Origin: Octopus bimaculoides
Taxonomy: Eukaryota
Assembly: GCF_001194135.2 (NCBI RefSeq)
Contig: NC_068983.1
Location: forward strand, 61,911,066-61,947,508
DNA: 36,443 nt
Reading direction: 5' to 3'
Made by a program: the position numbers and the translations under genes. Positions 12,014 through 24,021 of this stretch are shown piece by piece (positions within the stretch are counted from its first letter, which is position 1; each line of letters starts with the position of its first letter). The notes below the pieces were generated by a model. That model did no database searches, was not told the DNA's origin, and saw nothing but the letters and a program-made list of their open reading frames with translations.

Positions 12014-12049
12014 GTAAAACTATCTAAGAAGTCTCTTAGATAGTTTTAC
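12014..12049. other. Perfect 16-bp-stem inverted repeat
   Basis: GTAAAACTATCTAAGA-AGTC-TCTTAGATAGTTTTAC. Confidence 0.95.
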
Positions 12050-12254
12050 AGTAATAATCATAATCCTATTTAGTTACGTATTCAAACCAGATGACAAGTT
12101 AGAATGATCAACCAAACGACAGACAGTAATGATATGATTAGCTTTACACACGCTTGCACAGGGTACTTCAGAGCCTTGGCCCAGCAGAAGCCGCCGAATT
12201 CTTGAGCAAATACATGCTATATTTTGAAACATGCACGCACACCCATTTATAGAT

Positions 12255-12385
12255 ATACGAGCTTTATCAACCGAATCTCACTTAGAAGTTATTGGTTAAA
12301 CAAAGACATTTGTGCAAGATGCCGGTCTATGGGATCGAACACATCACGACGTTGTTGTAATGCGTTCCTCTAAACCATACAAGTA
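12255..12385 (-). mobile_element. SINE family A, highly degenerate head
   Basis: AAAGACATTTGTGCAAGATGCC...GGGATCGAAC resembles the inverse of the family A head. Confidence 0.5.
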
Positions 12386-12834
12386 TGCATGCGCCACATG
12401 AACAAACCTCCTAAAAAAGAACAACTCCGAAATGATTATTTAAATGACAAAAAACATCTTCAACCAGGTGTGGAAACTGTCATATACTTACCTTTCTTTC
12501 TCGTTCTACGGCACACATTACCAGCAGGAATATATACATTTTTAAACATATGTATGATTCATGTAGTGAGTATATGAGATTTTCGTAATTTGCAAATTTT
12601 ATCTCATAAAACTATATCATATTTCATTAATAGTTTCTTAATTACTCAAGCTACAGTAATTTCTAAGCATTTCTTTGTTAGCTTCAGACTATGATTCTAA
12701 TTTTTTTAAATTCAGAATCTCTTGAAATATATCTGATTATTCTAATGTATTTCATCAATACCTATTCATATTTACGGATATCTCTTCATCTGTTGATTTC
12801 TTTCTATTCATTTTCTGTTATATGCGTCATAATA

Positions 12835-12877
<43 letters not shown>

Positions 12878-13892
12878 ATAAATGTGTGTATGTGTCTGTG
12901 TGTATGTGCGTACGTGTGTGCGTACTTTTCTCTAGAAATTCTTTCCTCGCTACACCAATAACGAATATACCTGACACATCTCATTAACACGCAAACCATA
13001 ATTATTATTTATTTGTGAGCTACCAACCAAAAACATGAAAACATTCACAATCTATCTGTTACTTATTCATAGAGTTCATATGACTCTTTATTTTCCAACT
13101 TTCTGAAAAATGCTGTTTTACCTTATCATCTCACGTTCTCCATTAATAAGTTGTGAGTTCACTTTTCTCTCTGAAATTATTAATATTAGTAATCCAGGCA
13201 ACTATTTCTGTTCCCAATATTTATGTCACACGGCGATAAATATTCGTACAAATTTAAAGATCTGTTCCAAATAGTATACCTTTCTACCTGAATCTCTCAT
13301 CCTCCACAGTGCGCTTGACCTCTTTCTCGTCACAAAACCAAGCAATAGCTCAACAGCAGTGCCACAATTAATAGGGTAGCAAGGAAAGTGACCGCTCCAA
13401 TTGAGCACTTTTTAAAAAACTGTGGTGCCTTCTCAATTTTTAAAACATTTTAGTTTGCTTGTGCAAGAAAAGTCGAACCCCCTTCTTTTTTGGTGATGGC
13501 ATGACTTTGAGAGAACTTTCTAGAGTCATTACTTTCTTTGAGCATCAAGCATATTCGGATTGATAATAACATTAGAATGTTAGGTTTCAAGTAGCGGTTT
13601 ACTCTTTCTGTTGAGGAAGCTATACTTTCTTGTGCTTATAGACAAAAGCACAAGAAGAATATCACACCAAAAGACAGAGAATTGTAGGTATTAATTTATA
13701 TTTGTTGTAAACCGTTGTATTCAAAAGGACTTTTATTTAAGCTAGGAATCGAATGGAATATATTAAAAGTAAGGGAAAAAAACCCAGTTTAATTGTAAAA
13801 GTCAATAGATCGTTGGATAAAAAAAGTAGAGTTGACCAAAGCTCATCACTCGATATATCATTTAGAATTTGTGAGAAGCAATTCAGTAATTG

Positions 13893-14039
13893 TGGGTCAG
13901 GCATGTCTGTGTGGTAAGAAGTTTGCTTCCCAACCAGATGGTCCCGGGTTCAGTCTCAATGCGAAGCAGTTTGTGCTAGTGTCTTCTACTATAGCCCCGG
14001 GCCGACTAAAGCCGTGTGGGTAGATTTGAAAGAAGCCCA

Positions 14040-14085
<46 letters not shown>

Positions 14086-14345
14086 GTAGGGCTGTATGAC
14101 TGTCTGTATGTATATGTATATATGTATATATATCTGTGTATTTTTCCCTCAGTACTGCTTGACAACAGTGTCGGTGTGTTCACATCCCCGTTACTTGGCG
14201 AGTCGGCAAAAGTGAACGACTGAATAAATATTAGGCTTTTAAAAAATAAGACCTGGGGATTATTCGTTTAACTAAAACCCTTCACATCGGTGCTCCAGCA
14301 TGGCCGCACTCAGTTGACTGAAACAAGTAAAAGAATAAAAGAATG
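13893..14345 (+). mobile_element. Full-length SINE family A with internal (CA)n/(TA)n
   Basis: Head GTGTGGTAAGAAGTTTGCTTCCCAACC..GGTCCCGGGTTCAGTC; tail GTGCTCCAGCATGGCCGCACTCAGTTGACTGAAACAAGTAAAAGAATAAAAGAAT. Confidence 0.9.
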
Positions 14346-14904
14346 GGAATGTAATTTCCGAAAATGGATTTTATTGATATGTATAGGCAGAAAAAATGAG
14401 TTACTAAGAAAATAACATTTATAACCCTTTCCATAATATTTACGTATATGTTATGTATTCCAATTAGAATTCAAAATCTAAAATATATACTGAGCTAAAT
14501 GACAATTTTAAATAATACCATAACTGTTATACATTTCTAATTGCATATATGAATTTGGAAATTACGAATACCTAATCGTAAAAAGTCCCATTGAAATCGG
14601 TGTAGATTGCCAAAAGAATCAGAAAATATATTTAACTGCAGATTAATTTGAATAAATGTAAAAATATATGTTATACTAGATTTCGAATGTAAGGATATAT
14701 TACAGCCTATGTACACTAACGGCAATTAGATTTAAGGGGAGCAATATAAATCTATTCAAAAACGCGATGATGTTAATCTAAAATTTTAGAGGTTAAATGT
14801 ATGATAATAAAAAGATAGAACTATATTAACAGTAAAAGCTAATTTGGCTAGGTGCCCCCCAGGATGTTTATGTGAATATAAAACTCAATGAAATTACACA
14901 AACA

Positions 14905-14951
<47 letters not shown>

Positions 14952-15594
14952 ATATAAATACAGATATAGAGATAGAGAGACAGATAAACATGTACATACA
15001 CATATTTATGTATGCGTGTATGTATCTCTCACTTCTTCTCTCCCCTCTTTCTCTTACTATATATATACATACATATATTATCTCACACGTGACCATCGTC
15101 CATTTTTCTTTTCCTCACGTGACCATCATTCTTTTCCTGTACGGACATTCAAAGGACTGGACATTTTGTTTTTTCATTCTATTCTGTCTTTTCCTGCACG
15201 GATGTTCAAAGGACTGGAGGATTTGTTTTTCTCTCTCTACAATTGTTTCTCTTTTTAAAGGAAATATTTCTACCGGTATTCATTATTTTCCTCTCGTTCT
15301 GGTCTAAAGGCCCTCCATGTTTGTTTTCGTTCTGTTTCCTTTATTGTATCCACTGTCCTGTTCCTGTTCACAACTTTAACCCTACATAAATACTAAATTT
15401 TATTTTAGAATTTATGGGAGGAACTGTTTTGATGACTCATATTGTTGTTGAATGCTCGAAATGAAGAGTAGATAGATAGCCGACAGCTGATGTAGGGTCG
15501 TTTCTCTGTGTTTATTTGTCCCGTTTTCCATTTTTTGGTCGCGTTTGTCTAAAGGTTTCATGTTGTTTACACAGTTGGTGACGCGCTGTACCCA

Positions 15595-15641
15595 TACATA
15601 TATACATATATATATGCATATATATATGTGTGTGTATATAC

Positions 15642-15678
<37 letters not shown>

Positions 15679-15945
15679 TATATATATATGCATTTGTACA
15701 TACATGCATATATATGTATATATATATGCATCTATATATGCATATATATACCTATATGTATATATATATNNNNNNNNNNNNNNNNNNNNNNNNNNNNNNN
15801 NNNNNNNNNNNNNNNNNNNNNNNNNNNNNNNNNNNNNNNNNNNNNNNNNNNNNNNNNNNNNNNNNNNNNGTGTGTGTGTGTTTGTATATAAATACGTACA
15901 CGCGCACACACACAGACACGCACACACACATACACATGCACACAA
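15595..15945. repeat. (TA)n/(CA)n low-complexity block spanning a gap
   Basis: Direct reading. Confidence 0.9.
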
Positions 15946-16394
15946 ACATCTTCATTCCCTACAAAACACAATACTTGCACGAAAAACAATAAAACCATTG
16001 AAATTAGAACTCCAACAATATGTGAAGAGACAGTGACATTGGACAGAGAAATCAACGCAGAAACGGTAATTCTCTCTAAAATGTAGGTATCAGCTGTTTA
16101 GCCAAGCAGCTGCGTTGCTTCTGTACCAAAAGGCACTAAAACTCGATCTGACGGTTTCAACAGCAAAACCGAATTATAACGTTTCATGGCAACTAAGACA
16201 GAACTTTTGTTTAGAAAATTAAAAAAAAAGAAAAGAAAAGCAAAATAATAAATAAAAGGAAGACGAAATGTTGCGTCTCTTTGATCAAAACCATTAATAA
16301 AGAAATTTCTGCTTTCCTGAGGTTGAAAAAAAAAAAAAACTTTCGGGAAGTTTACTTTAATAGATACATTATGCATAAATGAACAATGGCTTAT

Positions 16395-16690
16395 GCACGC
16401 ACGCACGTAAGCACCCACGCACACATGCACACACACACATTCTTACACACACAACTACACGTATACATATAGACACACACGCGCAGGCACTGTGTCAGCG
16501 TATTTCTTTTGTGTGTGTGTTTGCACACACACACACACACACACACAGACACACACAGACACACACACACATATATATATATAGACACATACACACACAC
16601 ACACACACACACGCACACTTTTATATGCATAAGTATGCCTGTACCTTTCTATGTATACATACATATACTCGCATACACACACAAGTATAT
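16395..16690. repeat. Degenerate (CA)n tract
   Basis: Direct reading. Confidence 0.9.
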
Positions 16691-17689
16691 ACAAAGATAG
16701 AGGAAGAAGTAGACAGAGAGCGAGAAAGCGAGACATTCAGACAAACACTTCCACACGAAGAAGTAAAAGTGCAAATGAAAGAAGAATTGGTAGGTAGAAA
16801 AAGGGAGAGGGAAAGAAGACAACGAGACATGCTACGACTGAAAGAAACGAAGCAAGATTTGGGTTGACTTAGATTATCGATTCACGTCTCTTTTTATTAT
16901 AATTGGGAATCGTTTAAACAATCTTTCGGAGTACGTTAAGTTTTTTTGTTATCTATATATATTCATATTTTACATTCTGTGTCGTAAATGATATTACATT
17001 TTCACATCATATTTTAAGGCTAAAATGAAAGAGTAAAGAAAACATATTTCTCAGATTATATTTAGTACTCTCAGCATATTTTCCACCATTCCTTCATTTC
17101 TCAAAAGAAAGAAAAATGTTAAGAACAAAACAAACCCCCCCCCCATTTTTTGTGAAACTTCTGTGTTTATTTCTTTTTTCTTTACTTGAGATATTTCTGT
17201 AAGAACTCTTCATATTATTGTTAACATCACCGTGTTATTTGTCGTTGTTTGTTAGAATATTTATGAGAAAGAAATGTTATTAAATTTATTATTAATGTTT
17301 TTTAATGTTCATTTTCAACTAGTATCATTCCTTTAATAAATACTCGTGTAACAAAATTGTTGAAGCCGTTAATGTGTTTTTTCCCTGCGATTTGTGATAT
17401 GCTTGCAGTTAGAATGATTATCATCAAGAGCAACAACTACTATAATAACAACAACAAAAAATAACTACTAGAACGACTATTAATAGCTGTAATAACAGAG
17501 ATATTATAGCTGAGAGCTTTTAATACAATTGTAGAAGTGATACAATATGAAATCACAGCTCCAAATTTCAAAGGTTAGTGTGTGGGTCGACGTCCCAGAA
17601 TCGAGCACAATCCAGTTATAATACTGTTTATACGAAAATAAAGGAGAGAAATGTGTACACATTTTGTCTGATGTTTTATGGTAGTTGTT

Positions 17690-17995
17690 GTGATGAGCGT
17701 TGTGGTGACGGTAGTGGTGGTGGATTGGTATTAGTAAGGTGGTGTTAGTAATGGCGGTAGTGGTGGTGTTAGTAATGGTAGCGGTGCTGGTGATATTGTA
17801 GTTGTGGTAGTGAAGGTATAAACAATAGGGAGGGAGGTGATTGTAATGTTGGAATTACTAGTACAGCAGATGGTAATAGTGGTTATGATGATTTTTGTGA
17901 TCATGGGAGTGGTGTTAGTAATGGTGGTGGTAGTGGTGGTGGAAGTTGTAGGAGCATAAATTATGCAGCCTGTAGTGATATTTTTGGTAGTGTTA
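17690..17995. repeat. Degenerate (GGT/GTA/GAT)n trinucleotide tract
   Basis: Direct reading. Confidence 0.85.
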
Positions 17996-18007
17996 GGGCA
18001 AGTGTAT

Positions 18008-18250
18008 TGAGGGTGTATGGCCTAGTGGTTAGGGGGTTGCACTCGCGATCACGAAATCGTGGTTTCAATTCCCAGACCAAGTGGTGCGTTGGTGTTATGG
18101 AGCAAAACACTTCATGTCACGTTGCTATGCAATCGCTTCAACACCGGATGTGTGGTACACCGTGCATCTGTTGAAGCAACGTCGATTTGATGGAAGGATT
18201 GAGCTAATGGGTACCAAGAACATTTGATCACTAAACAAATAATCTGAGTG
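18008..18250 (+). mobile_element. SINE with family C head and a distinct tail
   Basis: A box TGGCCTAGTGGTTAGG, B box GGTTTCAATTCC, then GCGTTGGTGTTATGGAGCAAAACACTTCATGTCACGTTGC. Confidence 0.8.
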
Positions 18251-18295
18251 GTTGTTCTCGGACCACGAGATACTACCATCATCATTAGGTAAATG

Positions 18296-18328
<33 letters not shown>

Positions 18329-18419
18329 TTGATAACAGTAATGGTGATGGTGTTGGAAATAGTGATCGCAGATGTTCGGGTGGTATTGACAGGGGTAGCC
18401 GTAGCGGGAGTAAAAAAAA

Positions 18420-19300
18420 ATTGATTTCATCTTTTGGCACGCGGCCAGAAATTTCGGAGGAGGGGGTAAATCGATTACACCGATCACAGTGCTCAACTGG
18501 TTCTCATTTCATAGACCCTGAAAGGAGGAAAGGCAAAGTCGAGCTTTTGAACCGTATTTGAACTCAAAACGTAAAGACAGATAAAATATCGGATCTTTTT
18601 TAAAACGGGGGCCACATTTTTCATTAACGAAACACTTTGAAACTTGGAACACTGGTAGAATGTGTCATATAAAACATCTTTTTCTCTTAGTCTTCTTAAA
18701 NNNNNNNNNNNNNNNNNNNNNNNNNNNNNNNNNNNNNNNNNNNNNNNNNNNNNNNNNNNNNNNNNNNNNNNNNNNNNNNNNNNNNNNNNNNNNNNNNNNN
18801 NNNNNNNNNNNNNNNNNNNNNNNNNNNNNNNNNNNNNNNNNNNNNNNNNNNNNNNNNNNNNNNNNNNNNNNNNNNNNNNNNNNNNNNNNNNNNNNNNNNN
18901 NNNNNNNNNNNNNNNNNNNNNNNNNNNNNNNNNNNNNNNNNNNNNNNNNNNNNNNNNNNNNNNNNNNNNNNNNNNNNNNNNNNNNNNNNNNNNNNNNGAT
19001 TAAATTCGCTTTACATCGCTTAATCAGCCAAAGGAGTAAATGTAAACAACTGAATACTTGTCAGTGATTGGTTGAAATTATCGAAATAAGACAATTTTTT
19101 ACATGAAATAAATTCGAATACAAAAATATTTTTCTGTTCTATAACACAAAATAGATAAGTATACGAAGTTTGAAAGTCTTTCGGTACCAAAAACACTACG
19201 TAAAACATTAATGAAAAATGTGGCCCCCGTTTTAAAATAGATCCAAAATATCTCTACGCATTTTGCCCGACGTGCTAACAGCTCTACCAGCTCGCCGCCT
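18420..19300 (-). mobile_element. SINE family B interrupted by a MITE
   Basis: Body at 18420-18590 and head at 19253-19300 (GCATTTTGCCCGACGTGCTAACAGCTCTACCAGCTCGCCGCC) join once the MITE is removed. Confidence 0.85.
18591..19244. mobile_element. Non-autonomous DNA transposon (MITE), Merlin-like
   Basis: 37-bp TIRs at 18591-18627 and 19208-19244 with one mismatch (GGATCT[T/A]TTTTAAAACGGGGGCCACATTTTTCATTAA); exact 8-bp TSD AAAATATC at 18583-18590 and 19245-19252. Confidence 0.9.
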
Positions 19301-19309
19301 TTAGTGAGA

Positions 19310-19660
19310 GTAGAAACAATATTAGTGGTCTTAGTTGTGATAATTGTGGTATTAGTAGTGATATAAGTGGTTGTTGCAGTGGTGGTAGTGTTATTGGCGT
19401 TATTGTTGTGATGATAACGGTGGACGTGGCTCAAGTGTTGAGTTAGTGGTAATGGTGATGGTGGTTATGATGCTGCTGCCTATAACGGTGTTCTGGTTGT
19501 GATGGTAGTGAGAATAGTGGTGATACTGATGGTGGTGATGACAGTGGTTGTAGTGGCGGCGGTGGTGGTGACGGCAGTGATGGAGATGGTGATGGTGGTG
19601 GTGACGGTGATGGATGTCGTGGTAGAGGTGATAGTGATGGTGATACAGTGACATAGTAAT
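19310..19660. repeat. Degenerate (GGT/GAT)n trinucleotide tract
   Basis: Direct reading; source of the poly-H/T pseudo-ORFs. Confidence 0.9.
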
Positions 19661-19745
19661 TGTTTAAAGAGACTGTTTTGCGGTTATTTGTCGGGATTAT
19701 TATTGCTGCTTTATACCAAGCACAGGCAATCTTTTTTTTTTCCAA

Positions 19746-20002
19746 GTGGAAGCGCGTGGCTTAGTTGTTAGGCATGTTGGACTCATGATCGTATGATTGC
19801 GGTTTCGATTCCTGAACCGGATGACGCGTTGAGTTCTTGAGCGAAACACTTAATTTCACGTTGCTCCAGTTCACTTCGCTGGCAAAAATGAGTAATCTTG
19901 CGACGAACCAGCATCCCATTCAGGTGGGGAATATATGCACCATGGAAACCTGGAAAACCGTCCCTTACAAGTCGGTATGACTCGAGAAGGAAACTTTACT
20001 CG
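19746..20002 (+). mobile_element. SINE with family C head, CORE-like middle and a third tail type
   Basis: A box TGGCTTAGTTGTTAGG, B box GGTTTCGATTCC, middle TTTCACGTTGCTCCAGTTCACTTCGCTGGCAAAAATGAGT, tail CTCGAGAAGGAAACTTTACT. Confidence 0.85.
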
Positions 20003-20614
20003 ACTTTCTTCCGAGAATCAGGCCACATGAGACATAGTTCATCATCAGATGGGCCGCACTACTAAAAAGAAAAAAGGAGTTAAGGTAAGCTTTCTTTGGA
20101 CTAGCCATTCAGAAAGTCCTGCAAACCGCAGTTTACCCATGGTTTTTAAATATTCTTCCTCAACCCGGTTTGTTACTTTGATTTAATCACAACCCTTCCT
20201 TTTACTAGTTTTATTCCTTTTAAAACCCTACCTTGCACTACCGTTCTTTCTTTCTCTGTAAATCCCTACCTCAGTAATTCCTTTTCTTTACCTTACATTC
20301 TCTTCACTCAATGAAGCAAAGCAAATTCCCAAATATCATATCAATTTACAAACTCTTATTCTCTTATTCCACATTTACCATCTCCCTGACACACCGTCAT
20401 TCCAATCATCAACCTTTTACTACTACTACTACTACTACTAGAATTTTCTCTGTCTCTATTATTCCGGAAACTGCGCGCTCATTTAATCGATGTCTGTGTC
20501 AGCAGAAGATATTTGTCTGCACTAAAATCCTTCCAATTGTAAAATATCAATTCTTAATAGCAACAGGTTTGTGTCTGTGTGCGAGTTTGTCTGCCTGTTT
20601 GTGAATCTATCAAA

Positions 20615-20652
<38 letters not shown>

Positions 20653-22345
20653 GCTAGCTAGCTACCTATCTATCTGTCTGTCTGTCTACTCAAACGCGCA
20701 CACACACACACACACACACATACACACACAAACACATACACACATATGTATATGTATATGCATATATGAGTACAGGACGTCACCAACTGTGTAAACAACA
20801 TGAAGTACGAAAACAAACGAGTTAAATACGCAGACAGCGAGAGAAGAAAATGGAAAACTGTCAGAATTAGAAATGCCAATAGGCATGAAAGTATATGCTA
20901 GCCTTTATATATTTAATTCTCTATATTTAATACTCAATATTTCATATATTCAATACTTCATTTCATTTTACTATTTATATCATATTATATATTCCATATT
21001 CTATATCCCACATTAATTTTATAAGAATATAAATGAAACATAAAAAACAGACAGAGTTGGAACTCTTTTAAATAATATATTCCTCTATACACGACAATAC
21101 AAAACCCTTTTCTTGTATATTTTTTTATNNNNNNNNNNNNNNNNNNNNNNNNNNNNNNNNNNNNNNNNNNNNNNNNNNNNNNNNNNNNNNNNNNNNNNNN
21201 NNNNNNNNNNNNNNNNNNNNNNNNNNNNNNNNNNNNNNNNNNNNNNNNNNNNNNNNNNNNNNNNNNNNNNNNNNNNNNNNNNNNNNNNNNNNNNNNNNNN
21301 NNNNNNNNNNNNNNNNNNNNNNNNNNNNNNNNNNNNNNNNNNNNNNNNNNNNNNNNNNNNNNNNNNNNNNNNNNNNNNNNNNNNNNNNNNNNNNNNNNNN
21401 NNNNNNNNNNNNNNNNNNNNNNNNNNNNNNNNNNNNNNNNNNNNNNNNNACTATTCTCTGCTACTTTTCACTTTTGATGCCATTAAAAAGAAAAATATTA
21501 TCGTTAAAGGCGTGAAAGTGTAATGATTTTTGGACGATAACTGACGATGGAAGAGCATGTTAATATCTTGTATGTGAATTTTCAGTTCGTTCCGTTGCCG
21601 CTCTTCAGTTTAATTTTTGAAATTTATCAATGTAACGCCACGCGGCCACCTTTCTCTTTGTTACCCTATAGTAGAAGTTTTTTGTGCGACGTCTTATTCT
21701 TTTCCTTTATCTTTGCTCTTTTCTCTTCCCCTCTTTCTCCTTTCCTCTCTTTCTCCTCTCCTCTCTTTCTCCTTTCCTCTCTCACCATCTTCCCTCTCTG
21801 TTTTTCTCTGCTTCTTTGACCTCCACTTTTTCTCTTTCCTCCCACTACCACGTTATTTGTGACCATTGGTTGTTCAGTTTCCTTTTTTCGTTTGATCTTT
21901 CATGCTTCTACTGATCTCTCAAGCTCTCTACTTTCAGCCTTGGGTTCGTATTTTTCACCTTCTGCCTTTCCAGCTCTATAGAACATTTTTCATTGCGTTA
22001 CTTATACACACGTCCTGTCATGTCTCAGAAACCTACGGTCTTTTATATTGGTTGTATAGCGTATAATTTATTTTCTTTGTATATTTACATTTATACCTGA
22101 TATATTCTTATTTGTTACCGTCGTTGTAATCAATGTCTTGAATGTTAATTTTCCCTTCGTTCTTTGTCGTGCTTCTTTTTTTAATTTTTGAATCTTATAT
22201 ATAGCTTAGTTCATAGTACAGAGCGCCCAGCCATTATCTGAGAGGCGCCGGGTTTTATTCCCCGTAGGCGCCTGCTGGCAACTTTTTCTTCACAACTATA
22301 CGGCGTTCGAAATTTACTTTCTTGTTTGTAAAATACCCACACAAT

Positions 22346-22512
22346 TGGCGCGTCTAAAGTGGTTGTGTAGTAAGAAGCTTGCATCTCAATCACATGGCTC
22401 CAACTTCAGTCCTACTGCGTGGGACTTTGAGTAAGTGTCTTCTGCTATAGCCTTGGGCTAACCAAAGCCTTGTAAGTGGATTTAGTGGATGGAAATTAAA
22501 CAAAGCTCGGCC
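22346..22512 (+). mobile_element. SINE family A, 5' half running into a gap
   Basis: GTGTAGTAAGAAGCTTGC...AAGTGTCTTCTGCTATAGCCTTGGGCTAACCAAAGCCTTGTAAGTGGATT. Confidence 0.85.
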
Positions 22513-23963
22513 TATATATATATATATATATATATATNNNNNNNNNNNNNNNNNNNNNNNNNNNNNNNNNNNNNNNNNNNNNNNNNNNNNNNNNNNNNNN
22601 NNNNNNNNNNNNNNNNNNNNNNNNNNNNNNNNNNNNNNNNNNNNNNNNNNNNNNNNNNNNNNNNNNNNNNNNNNNNNNNNNNNNNNNNNNNNNNNNNNNN
22701 NNNNNNNNNNNNNNNNNNNNNNNNNNNNNNNNNNNNNNNNNNNNNNNNNNNNNNNNNNNNNNNNNNNNNNNNNNNNNNNNNNNNNNNNNNNNNNNNNNNN
22801 NNNNNNNNNNNNNNNNNNNNNNNNNNNNNNNNNNNNNNNNNNNNNNNNNNNNNNNNNNNNNNNNNNNNNNNNNNNNNNNNNNNNNNNNNNNNNNNNNNNN
22901 NNNNNNNNNNNNNNNNNNNNNNNNNNNNNNNNNNNNNNNNNNGAATTCTCAGTATGTTGGAGAAGCAGGTTACTGTCAATCCCTATGTATTTATGATTAT
23001 AAATGATTTTACCGATAAGGTTTTTTCATACTGGGCTACCCGGCAAAATTGTTAATTATTAATTTTATTACTAATTGACGATTCCCTGCCCTGTATATCT
23101 ATATTTTCATAATACCTCTAAGGTGAATAGTTAAATCGCAAGAAGTTCATACGGGTCTTTTTTCTATGCGGGACTATTTATGATGCACACTGAATTGAAT
23201 TCATTAGTGTGAGGGGTTTTGAACTCACTGGCCGATAAATTTCTTAGTGTCTGCCTCACGTGGTCTTGATGTCGCATGGTCAAAATTAACGTGAGTTATT
23301 TAGACATTAGCAAATTTATTAGAATATTTNNNNNNNNNNTCTTGATGTCGCATGGTCAAAATTAACGTGAGTTATTTAGACATTAGCAAATTTATTAGAA
23401 TATTTAGCTGAAGATCAGAATGGAGTATTCCATGCTCTTAACTGTGAAACGGCCGTACTAAATTAACTAAAGGCAAGTTGTCTTTTTACTCTTCTCTACT
23501 GATTTTTGTTCTGTGTGTATCAAAAATATCGCTATCAATTTAGAGTAAAATTTGTAGTTTTGGAATCAGTAGTTCTTTGACTGCTATTTCTGAATTCTCA
23601 GTATGTTGGAGAAGCAGGTTACTGTCAATCCCTATATATTTATGATCATATATATATATATATATTCATACATATCTCACATAGTCGGCTTTATTCTACA
23701 AATTCATAGTCATCATATGATTGGTATGAATGTTTTGAGAAGTTGAGTGACTCTAAAGATTCAACCAAACTACACAATATTATGGATTTATACCACATCG
23801 ATTACTAGATGGTCTGCCCCCGAGGAACATGTTTAGATTTTCAGACACATGAAACTATTAGTAGCACCCGGAGATACTGAGATCCTTAAACAGAAATATT
23901 TGACGCTCACTAGATGGAGTGCTCTCTTTGTTGAATTATACCACGAATCAATACATTATATAT

Positions 23964-24021
23964 ATAGCGTGGCTATGTGGTAGGAAATTTGCTTCCCAAC
24001 CATACGGCTTCAGGTTCAGCT
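23964..24021 (+). mobile_element. SINE family A head, truncated by the adjacent insertion
   Basis: GTGGCTATGTGGTAGGAAATTTGCTTCCCAACCATACGGCTTCAGGTTCAG. Confidence 0.75.

Noticed and set aside
11800-12045. About 80-codon minus frame with one internal stop (MCGPEQYGVY...LINGAILHEC)
   Set aside because: No motif or convincing splice pair; within chance expectation.
13122-13170. 49-nt minus-strand exon-like segment (RKVNSQLINGEREMI)
   Set aside because: Reasonable splice sites but cannot be linked in phase to the other candidates; too short to support.
16690-16867. E/R/K-rich ORF tail resembling a coiled coil
   Set aside because: Purine-rich low-complexity DNA continuous with a (CA)n tract.
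20050-20085. MGRTTKKKKGVK followed by GTAAGC donor
   Set aside because: Only 36 nt, A-rich and adjacent to a SINE tail; insufficient evidence.
23264-23405. 66-bp exact tandem duplication around a 10-N gap
   Set aside because: Typical unmerged contig overlap, not biology.
23760-23940. TRWSA twice, recalling the hAT transposase TRW motif
   Set aside because: Interrupted frame, no other hAT motif, no TIR or TSD.
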